In this document: positions 8,929-16,742 of the stretch, in pieces
How positions within the stretch are numbered: the first letter of the stretch is position 1
How the letters are laid out: each line of letters opens with the position of its first letter
Origin: Eubacteriales Family XIII. Incertae Sedis bacterium
GTDB lineage: Bacteria; Bacillota; Clostridia; Peptostreptococcales; Anaerovoracaceae
Direction: 5' to 3'
DNA: 60,369 bases
NCBI GenBank assembly: GCA_031276135.1
Contig: JAISNR010000087.1
Coordinates: forward strand, 1-60,369
Notes under the pieces: model-generated
Seen by the model: the letters and a program-made list of their open reading frames with translations, nothing else
The model's database searches: none
Told to the model about the DNA's origin: nothing
Translations under genes and position numbers: made by a program

Positions 8929-9719
8929 GAGCCGCCCGGATTACGGAACACGCAGAGGTGAAGGAGCTTCTTTCCATCCTGCGCGAGAACAACATCGACG
9001 CGAAGGACTTGACCGCCGTCCTCGCGTCCGTCGACGCGATGGAGCGGCAACTTTCGGCGGCTGCCGGGGAACTGACAGCCATGCGGCGGGAGCTTGCCGG
9101 TATGCGCGAGGAGCGAAACCACCCGATGCGGACGCTTTTGCAAAAAGCAGAGCGGTCGCTGTCCGGGATGGTCAGGAATCTGCGCGCCAAGCTCAAAGAG
9201 ATTAAGGACGGCATCGTCGGCGGCTGCCGGCGCGCCGTGAGCGCGTTTAAGGATACGGGCGTTTCCGCGCTGAACAATCTCGCCGGGTTCTTCGACGTTA
9301 AGCCCGCACTGGAGTCCATGCGCGACAATCTGAACGAGAGCATCGCAGCGGCTGAGAAGTCCGTCGCCGGGATCGAGGCCGCCGCCGAGCAGTACCACTC
9401 GGCGGGCCGCGCCGTCCGCAACATCGGACGCGCCATTTCCGGCAAAGAGCCGATCCCCGAAATCAAGCCCAACGGCAAGCTGGCGCGGCTGCTCCGGTCG
9501 CCGTTTCGCTTGGAGCTTCGGAATCTGAACGGTTCCTTGCGTAGCGTCAATAAGGCGCTGGCGGGGTTAGATAAATTAGAAAAAGCCGACGCCCGGCGCA
9601 AGGAGGCGGCGCGACCATCCACGCTGGAAACCATGAAGGTTCTGCGGGTGAAGGTGGAACAGCGCAAGAAAGACGCGCCCGCGCAGGAGAAAACCAAGCA
9701 GACGGAGGCCGCCATCTGA
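8925..9719 (+). CDS. Coiled-coil hypothetical conjugation-module protein (264 aa)
   Basis: Translationally coupled to the previous ORF. The sequence is heptad-like and rich in A/E/R/L (…LSAAAGELTAMRRELAGMREERN…). No catalytic motif. Confidence 0.5.
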   Translation: MRAARITEHAEVKELLSILRENNIDAKDLTAVLASVDAMERQLSAAAGELTAMRRELAGMREERNHPMRTLLQKAERSLSGMVRNLRAKLKEIKDGIVGGCRRAVSAFKDTGVSALNNLAGFFDVKPALESMRDNLNESIAAAEKSVAGIEAAAEQYHSAGRAVRNIGRAISGKEPIPEIKPNGKLARLLRSPFRLELRNLNGSLRSVNKALAGLDKLEKADARRKEAARPSTLETMKVLRVKVEQRKKDAPAQEKTKQTEAAI

Positions 9720-9760
9720 GCGGCTTCCGTCATTTTCGTATGAGGAGGTGAACCGGCGCG

Positions 9761-12622
9761 TTGGAACGAGAACACGAACGCCGTCCGCGTGACAAGCGAA
9801 ACATGACGGCGGACGGTATGGAAACGCGGAGCGAGAATCTCGGCGACGCCGGGCGCGAGGACTTCAGCCGCCGCGCTCTGCCAAGCCGTGAGCCGGGAGG
9901 CGCGCCGTTGTCCGTCCGCGATACGATTGCGCGGTATCGGGAACAGGCGAAACAAGCTGACGGTCAGGCGTCCGCGCCTGCGGAGGACGCTCCCCTTAAT
10001 ATGGAGGAGACCATTTCTCCTGAACAGCCGCCAACCGGAACAAATTCACGCTTCATCAGACCGGCCGCTGACCGCGGGAACGCGGACGCGGCGCGTTCGG
10101 CGCAGCGAAGCACGGCCTACAGCCGCCGCTTTGTGGAGTCGGAGGTTTCCGCTCCCGGCGCGTCCGCGCCCGAAACACCGCAAGCATCCGCGCCCAATCA
10201 TCCGGGAGCGTCCGGCCCGCTGACGGAGCCGCTTCCCGCCGAACAGAGCGCGGAGCGGAACGCTCAACCACCGGCGCGGGAGATACACGGCAAACCGGAA
10301 CACACGCCGCGTCCGTTCGACACCCGACCGGGCCGTCTCCGCTTCGGCGGCGCGGATAAGACCGCGTCTGCCGCGCCCACGCGCCCTGCCAAGCCGAAGG
10401 ACGCCGCAGGGTACGTCAAGCCAGGCGATGTCGCTTCTGCCGCCGCCGCTCCTGCCGGTAAAACGGACAAGGCAGTTCAGACCGAAACGCCGCCTGCGGA
10501 TAAAACGCCCGCGAAAAGCAAAAAACCCTCCAAGCTGCAATTCGGCAAGGACGAAGCCCCAACGACCGCCGCGCCGTCAAGCAAAAAACAGACGAAAACG
10601 CGGGGCAAGGCAGAGCGTTCGGCGGTTAAACTGGACAAGGCCAAGAAAAAGCTGCCGCAAAAGCGTCGGCTGTCTGTGGCGAAGTCCTTTGACGCGGAGA
10701 TCGGCAAGCCCAAGCGGACGCTCCATTTTGAAACCGAGGTCAAGACCCGGCGTGAACATCTCAAAGGGCCGCTTCTCACCCGTCCGGTCAAGGCGGGGGC
10801 GAATGCCGCCGTCGCTTACGGTCACAAGAAAATATATCAGGTCGAGCATGAGAATGTCGGCACACAGGCGGCGCACCGGGGCGAGATGCTGGCCGAGGGC
10901 GGACTTCGGGTGGCGTACCGCTTCCATAAAACCGCGCCCTACCGCAAGGTGGAACGGCTGGGGAAAAAGACCGCGAAGCTGAATATAAAAGCGGATTATC
11001 ACCGGGCGCCCCGGGACAATCCCAAGTTAAAGAGCAACCTTCTCTCCCGCATGGCGCAGAAACGGAAAATAAAGAAACAGTACGCCAAAGCCGCGAGGGA
11101 GGCCAAAAAGACGGCGCAGAAGGTGAAAAAGACCGGCGACATCGTCGGCAGCGCGGCGCAGGCCGTTGCGCGAACTGTGGCGCGGCACCCGGTCTTGTTC
11201 GGCGTAATCGCCGGGCTGGGGCTGCTGTTCGTTCTCATCTCGGCGCTGTTCGGCTCCTGCTCCAATATAGCGGCGGGCGGTGGCTCCGCTATCGCCGCGT
11301 CCAGCTACCTCGCGGAGGACGCCGACGTTGACGCGGCTGAGCTTTCCTACACCGAATGGGAAACGGATTTACAGCTTGAAATCGCAAGCGCGGAATCAAC
11401 CCATCCGGGATTTGACGAGTATCGGTACAGCACCGGCGATATTTCCCACAATCCCTACGAGCTTATGGCCTATCTGACCGCTCGGTTCAGGGATTTCACC
11501 TATTCCGGCGTAGAGGCCGACCTTCGGGCCGTATTCGCGGAGCAGTACCGGCTTACCTTCACGGAGTCTGTCGAAACCCGCTACCGCACGGTCACAAAGA
11601 CCGACCCGGACACCGGCGAGGAATACGAGGAACAGGAAGCCTGCGAGTGGCGCGTCCTCACCGTGACGCTCACGGCGCGTTCGTTCACCGATGTGGTTTC
11701 GGGCCGCCTGAGCGCGGAACAGAGCCGGCATTACAGTCTGCTCCTGCGGACGAAGGGCAACCGCCAATACGCGGACAGCCCCTTTGACTTCAACTGGCTG
11801 TCCTATGTGTCCTGTTACTACGGCTGGCGCGTACACCCCGTCACCGGCGCGAAGGATTATCACAAGGCGGCGGACATCGCCGTGCCGCAGGGTACGGAGA
11901 TTCACGCCGCGAACGCCGGAACCGCCGGCGTCGGCTATGACGCGGGCGGCTACGGCAACTACGTCACAATCACCGGCGCGGACGGGCTTGTCACCAAGTA
12001 CGCGCACTGCTCCGAGGTTCTCGTCACGAGCGGCCGGACGGTGAACGCCGGGGACGTGATTGCCCGCGTGGGCAGCACCGGGCAAAGCACAGGGTCGCAT
12101 CTGCACTTTGAGGTGACGAAGAACGGTTTGTACCTGAATCCGCTGTATTTTGCAATCACCAACGACGACGGGAGCGCGTTTATCCCGCCCGGCAGCCCCG
12201 GAGGGCGTCCGATACCCGATTACCCCGGCGAACCGATGGACGATCCGAGCTTTGCCGCGCTGATGGAGGAGGCGCAGAAGCACTTGGGCAAGCCGTATGT
12301 TTTCGGGGCGAACGGGCCCGATGCTTTCGACTGCGGTTCGTTCGTGTCCCGGTGCCTGACCAAGAGCAGCGTCAAAAACACGGGACGGCTCGGCGCGCAA
12401 GCGCTGTATAACCTGTGTACGCCTGTGTCGCGGGAGAATCTGCGACCGGGCGATTTGGTTTTTCTGACAGGCACCTACTCCTGCCCGAACCCCGTCAGCC
12501 ATGTGGCCATATATGTCGGGAACGGCATGGTTATCCACGCGGGCAGCCCGATCCGGTACACGTCCATAGATACCGCCTTCCGGCAGAGTCACCATTACGC
12601 CTACGGGCGCGTCAATCCATAA
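9761..12622 (+). CDS. Bifunctional cell-wall hydrolase of the mating channel: M23 metallopeptidase + NlpC/P60 (CD1108-family-like)
   Basis: The first ~470 aa are P/A/K-rich and look disordered. One TM (HPVLFGVIAGLGLLFVLISALFG). M23 signature HPVTGAKDYHKAADIAVPQGTEIHA...GNYVTI...GSTGQSTGSHLHFEV. NlpC/P60 signature GKPYVFGANGPDAFDCGSFV...VSHVAIYVGNGMVIHAG. Start uncertain (TTG 9761 or ATG 9803). Confidence 0.85.
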   Translation: MEREHERRPRDKRNMTADGMETRSENLGDAGREDFSRRALPSREPGGAPLSVRDTIARYREQAKQADGQASAPAEDAPLNMEETISPEQPPTGTNSRFIRPAADRGNADAARSAQRSTAYSRRFVESEVSAPGASAPETPQASAPNHPGASGPLTEPLPAEQSAERNAQPPAREIHGKPEHTPRPFDTRPGRLRFGGADKTASAAPTRPAKPKDAAGYVKPGDVASAAAAPAGKTDKAVQTETPPADKTPAKSKKPSKLQFGKDEAPTTAAPSSKKQTKTRGKAERSAVKLDKAKKKLPQKRRLSVAKSFDAEIGKPKRTLHFETEVKTRREHLKGPLLTRPVKAGANAAVAYGHKKIYQVEHENVGTQAAHRGEMLAEGGLRVAYRFHKTAPYRKVERLGKKTAKLNIKADYHRAPRDNPKLKSNLLSRMAQKRKIKKQYAKAAREAKKTAQKVKKTGDIVGSAAQAVARTVARHPVLFGVIAGLGLLFVLISALFGSCSNIAAGGGSAIAASSYLAEDADVDAAELSYTEWETDLQLEIASAESTHPGFDEYRYSTGDISHNPYELMAYLTARFRDFTYSGVEADLRAVFAEQYRLTFTESVETRYRTVTKTDPDTGEEYEEQEACEWRVLTVTLTARSFTDVVSGRLSAEQSRHYSLLLRTKGNRQYADSPFDFNWLSYVSCYYGWRVHPVTGAKDYHKAADIAVPQGTEIHAANAGTAGVGYDAGGYGNYVTITGADGLVTKYAHCSEVLVTSGRTVNAGDVIARVGSTGQSTGSHLHFEVTKNGLYLNPLYFAITNDDGSAFIPPGSPGGRPIPDYPGEPMDDPSFAALMEEAQKHLGKPYVFGANGPDAFDCGSFVSRCLTKSSVKNTGRLGAQALYNLCTPVSRENLRPGDLVFLTGTYSCPNPVSHVAIYVGNGMVIHAGSPIRYTSIDTAFRQSHHYAYGRVNP

Positions 12623-12642
12623 AAAATATGAGGAGGCACACG

Positions 12643-12915
12643 ATGAACCCCAAACTTCAAAAAACCGTCCGCGAGATTGAGCGGACGAAGGAGAAAATCG
12701 CCGAGCTTCAGGCGCTCCTGCCCGAACTGGAGAAGCAGAAGACCGACCTTGAGAACACCGAGATTGTCAAAGCCGTGCGCTCGGCCTGCGTCGCGCCCGG
12801 CGATCTCGCGGATTTCCTCGCGTCCTATCGGGCGGAGCTTGTCAAACAGCCCGCGCCGACAGCGGCGCGAACCGACTACCGGGAAACGGAGGCTCAGACC
12901 GATGACGAAGCGTAA
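12643..12915 (+). CDS. Small coiled-coil protein (DUF4315-like)
   Basis: AGGAGG at 12631, then ATG at 12643. MNPKLQKTVREIERTKEKIAELQALLPELEKQKTDLENTEIVKAVR... Its position after the hydrolase is typical for this ICE family. Confidence 0.6.
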   Translation: MNPKLQKTVREIERTKEKIAELQALLPELEKQKTDLENTEIVKAVRSACVAPGDLADFLASYRAELVKQPAPTAARTDYRETEAQTDDEA

Positions 12916-13819
12916 ACTTTTCCTTCCGATGTTCGCGCTTATGCTCTGCATGGGCGCGTTTCTTTTCACAACGCCCGCTTTCGCCGCCGAATCCGCGGAA
13001 ACGCTGACCGTGGAGGCGGTGTGGCTGGAGGGCGACACCCTGCACATTCAGGTCACCGACAGAAGCACCGGCGCCGACCGGACGCTGGAGCTAAATCTGC
13101 GCGATTACGCCGGGACGGGCGACGAGTATGTGTCCGTGCAGGCCATTGACCGCGCCGGCAACAAATCCAACACGATCCGGTTCAAGAATCCCTACTACAC
13201 AGCCCCGGCGCCGGAGACTCAGGCAGCTGCGCCCACGCCTGACGAGGGCGGAACCGCTTCGCCGTCACCCGGTCAGAGCGAGTCCGCATTGCCGGACGGA
13301 GCTTTCACCCCGGACGGGGCGGGTACGGTCATGGATAACGTGACCACCGGTGAAGGCAAGGAGTTTTTCACCATCAAGTCCGAGGACGGCGCGGTGTATT
13401 ACCTGATCGTCGACCGCCGGCGGACGAGCGACAACGTATATTTCCTGAACGCCGTGACCGAGCGGGATTTGCTCTCCATCGCGGAGTCCGGTGACGGCAC
13501 AAGCGAGAGCGCAATCCCCGGAGGCAACGTCAACGAACCCACGATGACGCCGCCCGGCGACACATCGCCGGAGCCGACTCCCGAAGCGCCCGCTGCTCCC
13601 GCCACGCCGGGCGGCATGGGCGGCGGCGCGGTCATCTTCATCCTTCTCGCCGCGATTGCCGCGGGCGGCGCCGGGTACCACTTCAAAATCCTGCGCCCCA
13701 AGAAACAGGCCGCAGCGGACGATTTTGAGGAGTACGACGAGCCGGAGGAGGATTCGGACGACGGTGATTCCGCTGACGACGAAGATGACGATTGCGACGG
13801 CAAGGAGGAAACCGAATGA
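12902..13819 (+). CDS. Secreted, C-terminally membrane-anchored conjugation protein (DUF4366-like)
   Basis: Signal peptide MTKRKLFLPMFALMLCMGAFLFTTPAFA. P/T/E-rich linker. C-terminal TM GGAVIFILLAAIAAGGAGYHF followed by an acidic tail (EEYDEPEEDSDDGDSADDEDDD). Confidence 0.6.
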   Translation: MTKRKLFLPMFALMLCMGAFLFTTPAFAAESAETLTVEAVWLEGDTLHIQVTDRSTGADRTLELNLRDYAGTGDEYVSVQAIDRAGNKSNTIRFKNPYYTAPAPETQAAAPTPDEGGTASPSPGQSESALPDGAFTPDGAGTVMDNVTTGEGKEFFTIKSEDGAVYYLIVDRRRTSDNVYFLNAVTERDLLSIAESGDGTSESAIPGGNVNEPTMTPPGDTSPEPTPEAPAAPATPGGMGGGAVIFILLAAIAAGGAGYHFKILRPKKQAAADDFEEYDEPEEDSDDGDSADDEDDDCDGKEETE

Positions 13820-14895
13820 AACGCGTATTGTTTTCCCTGACGGTCATCGCCGCGCTGACGGCGCTGACGGCTGTCTCGGCCTTTGCCGCCGAGGATACGC
13901 CGCCTACCGGCGTGAGCATTACCGTCGTCATGCCGGATACGGCGGAACAGCCCCCGCAGGGCGGCACGCAATCGGCGCCCGCCATCTCCGCGCCGTCACT
14001 CCCCGCCGCGTCCGCGCTGTATCCGACAAGCGTTGAGGAACTGCGGGAGAATAACGGTCGGCAAATCATTAAGACCTACGCGCTCTCCGCGAACGAGAAC
14101 CCGCAAAATATCTCACGCGAACCCTTTGAGCGCGACGGTTGGCTCTACACATTAAGCGACATCACCAAGACCGAGACCGCTCTCGCCGACGCGCGGGATC
14201 ATACCGAAACGGTCACGGTCAACACCGAAAGCAAGGACATGGAGGCGATCCTGCGCGAGCTTGCTCCGACGCTGGAATTCACCTCAGAGGACGGCTACAC
14301 CGGCGTTCTGACGCTGAACGTCGCCGCAATCAAGGTGGAGCAGGCCGGGACGAAAACCACCGGCTTCAACGTGTCCGCGACAAGGGAGTATCCTCATCTG
14401 TCCTCTAACGACACCTCGCTGATTCCCAAGACCATCACGGACGGCGGCAGGACGCTCCGGCTTGCCGCAGTAGACTGGCGCGCCGGGAACCTCGTCACGG
14501 TGGACTATGAGGCGCTCCCGGAGTATTACACGGCTGTCGCCACTTACACCGGCACCGGGAGCAAGACCGTGGTGACAGGCTACACGACTGCCGCCGAGTA
14601 CAGCGGGACGATTGGTAAAATAAAGCCCGGCAGCACGGTTTACACTGCGTATTTCCTCGGTGCGGAGATTGTTCCCGAACTGACGCCGCCGGAGATCGTA
14701 ACGGCATCTCCCGCGCCTGATGCGGAAACAACGCCCGATGCCGAACAAACCGCAGACCCGTCCGCGAACGCGGCGTACCCGGTGATTTTCATCGCGCTCG
14801 CCGTCTTGCTCGCCGGTTTGGGCGCGGGATATTTTCTGATGCGCAAAAAGCGCGCCGCAATCAACAAAAACGATGAAGGAGATTCCCCCGTATGA
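13816..14895 (+). CDS. Secreted, C-terminally membrane-anchored conjugation-module protein (CD1107-family-like)
   Basis: AAGGAGG, then ATG at 13816 overlapping the previous stop. Signal peptide MKRVLFSLTVIAALTALTAVSAFA. C-terminal TM YPVIFIALAVLLAGLGAGYFLM + RKKR. Confidence 0.55.
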   Translation: MKRVLFSLTVIAALTALTAVSAFAAEDTPPTGVSITVVMPDTAEQPPQGGTQSAPAISAPSLPAASALYPTSVEELRENNGRQIIKTYALSANENPQNISREPFERDGWLYTLSDITKTETALADARDHTETVTVNTESKDMEAILRELAPTLEFTSEDGYTGVLTLNVAAIKVEQAGTKTTGFNVSATREYPHLSSNDTSLIPKTITDGGRTLRLAAVDWRAGNLVTVDYEALPEYYTAVATYTGTGSKTVVTGYTTAAEYSGTIGKIKPGSTVYTAYFLGAEIVPELTPPEIVTASPAPDAETTPDAEQTADPSANAAYPVIFIALAVLLAGLGAGYFLMRKKRAAINKNDEGDSPV

Positions 14896-15653
14896 AAAAA
14901 CCGATCACGCTGCTTTCGGCCCTCGCGCTGTGCGCGGCCTTCGCCGCGCCCGTTTTCGCCGCCGACCACACCTTCGGCTCCGGGCCGGATTACGATTCCG
15001 TCTTCGGCAAGCCCACCGGCTACGACGAACCCGTGACCGGCGACCCGCAGGCCTCCAACGAGCGCCGCAACAAGGACGCCGCCCACAACCCGCCGCCCTA
15101 CTTCTACGGCAGCGGCGACATCCCGACCGATCCAAGCAGCCCCTACCACGACAACACGCCGAACGGCGCGGGCGGCGGCTCATCAGGCGTTACCGAACTC
15201 CCCGCTGCGCCCGGACTCCTGCCGTCCGCCTCGGCCGGCGTCACGCAGAACACCGCGCCGAAGTATTACGCGGACGGCAGCATCGGAACCCTCTGCGTCA
15301 CCAAGACCAAAAAGACGATAAAGGTGTACGAGGGTGAGGATTTGTCGAACCTCGCCAAAGGCGCGGGGCATTTCGTCTCCACAAGCGCGTGGGACGGCAA
15401 CGCGGCCTTCGCCGGCCACAACCGGGGCGGCTCGGCGCACTTTTCCTTTGTGAAGGACTTGGAGGTCGGCGACACCGTCACCTACACCACGCCTTACGGC
15501 GCGAGGACGTATGCCGTGTACGGCAAGGTGAAAATCGGCGAATACGATTCCTCCGGCCTCGGTTGGTCGGCGGACAACATCCTCAGCCTCATCACCTGCG
15601 TCGAGAATACCCCGGAGCAGCGATTTCTTGTACAGGCCCGCGAGGTCGTATAG
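14892..15653 (+). CDS. Sortase-family transpeptidase encoded on the ICE
   Basis: N-terminal hydrophobic anchor, a Pro-rich linker, then the catalytic triad context: ...NAAFAGHNRGG (His), ...NILSLITCVEN (TLxTC-type Cys), ...QRFLVQAREV (Arg). Its start overlaps the previous stop (ATGA). Confidence 0.8.
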   Translation: MKKPITLLSALALCAAFAAPVFAADHTFGSGPDYDSVFGKPTGYDEPVTGDPQASNERRNKDAAHNPPPYFYGSGDIPTDPSSPYHDNTPNGAGGGSSGVTELPAAPGLLPSASAGVTQNTAPKYYADGSIGTLCVTKTKKTIKVYEGEDLSNLAKGAGHFVSTSAWDGNAAFAGHNRGGSAHFSFVKDLEVGDTVTYTTPYGARTYAVYGKVKIGEYDSSGLGWSADNILSLITCVENTPEQRFLVQAREVV

Positions 15654-15694
15654 GCGCAAAGCGAGATTTTACGCGCCTTTTTCGCCAAACGGCC

Positions 15695-15722
15695 TTGACA
15701 ATCCGCAAACCTATGGTAACAT
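15695..15722 (+). promoter_or_regulatory. Candidate sigma-A promoter for the adhesin operon
   Basis: TTGACA (15695..15700), a 16-nt spacer, then TGGTAACAT (extended -10; TAACAT at 15717..15722). It lies in the only sizeable intergenic gap of the operon, 38 nt upstream of the 15760 start. Confidence 0.4.
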
Positions 15723-15759
15723 ACAACACAAGTTTAAGTGAACCATAGGAGGAAAGAAT

Positions 15760-16650
15760 ATGAAAATCAAGGGCAAATTCGGCTTCGTCGCGGGCTTCGT
15801 CTGCGGGGCGCTGCTGTTCGGAAGCACGGCGGCGTTCGCGGCGGGCATCCTCGCGCAACCAAAGACGGCGGCGGTCGTGATCGACGGCCGGACGGTTGAC
15901 TTGGAAGGCTACGTTATTGAGGGCAGCCACTATTTCCGGCTGCGCGACCTCTCCGCGAAGCTCGCGCCGGGCGGCAAGGACTTCGGCGTCGTTTGGGACG
16001 GCAAGGGAAACCGCGTCGTCATCGACACCGGCCGGAGCTATGACCCGGACGAGCGGTACAGTCCCGCGCCGGCGGCAACAAGCGGGTACGGAACCGCGCC
16101 CAAAATCCTGAAGCCGGGCGATGTGGTGAAAACCACGGACGGCGATTACACTGTCACGGCGGGACAGCTTGAGCGTCAGGCGGAATTGGAGCGGCACGGT
16201 CTTGAGTTCGGCAAACCGCTCGCGCCCGACGCGCCGCTCCCGGCGTGGCAAAGCGAATGGGACGGCTATCCCCGCGTGAGCATCCCCGCTCCGACGCCGG
16301 TGCGATATCGGGGCGACATTCGCGGAGCAGCCTATGACTCTATGACAGTGTTCAATTCCTACGAGGTCGAGCGCGTGATACGGACGATTTACGCCTACGC
16401 CAAAAACAATCCGTCCCTGTGGCAAGACAAAAACCCGGCGACGAACGTCCCGAATTTCACAATCAAGGTTGAATACGCGGACGATATGGAAACCGGCGTA
16501 TTTTATCCGTGGGAGAACGCGATTGTGCCGGGCGAAGCCGCCGTAAAGAAAAAGGTGGAATCCACAGGCGGCGGCGCGATCTTTCGCATCTACGTCATCG
16601 ACGACTACAACAACGGCAAGTATCTTGACACCCAATACTTTATGAAGTGA
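15760..16650 (+). CDS. Secreted protein with a copper-amine-oxidase-N-terminal-like ('stalk') domain
   Basis: RBS TAGGAGGA. Signal peptide MKIKGKFGFVAGFVCGALLFGSTAAFA. ...AAVVIDGRTVDLEGYVIEGSHYFRLRDLSAKL....FGVVWDGKGNRVVIDTG follows the stalk-domain pattern. Confidence 0.55.
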   Translation: MKIKGKFGFVAGFVCGALLFGSTAAFAAGILAQPKTAAVVIDGRTVDLEGYVIEGSHYFRLRDLSAKLAPGGKDFGVVWDGKGNRVVIDTGRSYDPDERYSPAPAATSGYGTAPKILKPGDVVKTTDGDYTVTAGQLERQAELERHGLEFGKPLAPDAPLPAWQSEWDGYPRVSIPAPTPVRYRGDIRGAAYDSMTVFNSYEVERVIRTIYAYAKNNPSLWQDKNPATNVPNFTIKVEYADDMETGVFYPWENAIVPGEAAVKKKVESTGGGAIFRIYVIDDYNNGKYLDTQYFMK

Positions 16651-16742
16651 CTCGCACAATCCCATATCAAGCGCAGAGGACGCGGCTTCGGCCGTGTCCT
16701 CTTTTTGCGCCCAAAATCAGACTGAAAAGGAGAGATTTTTCT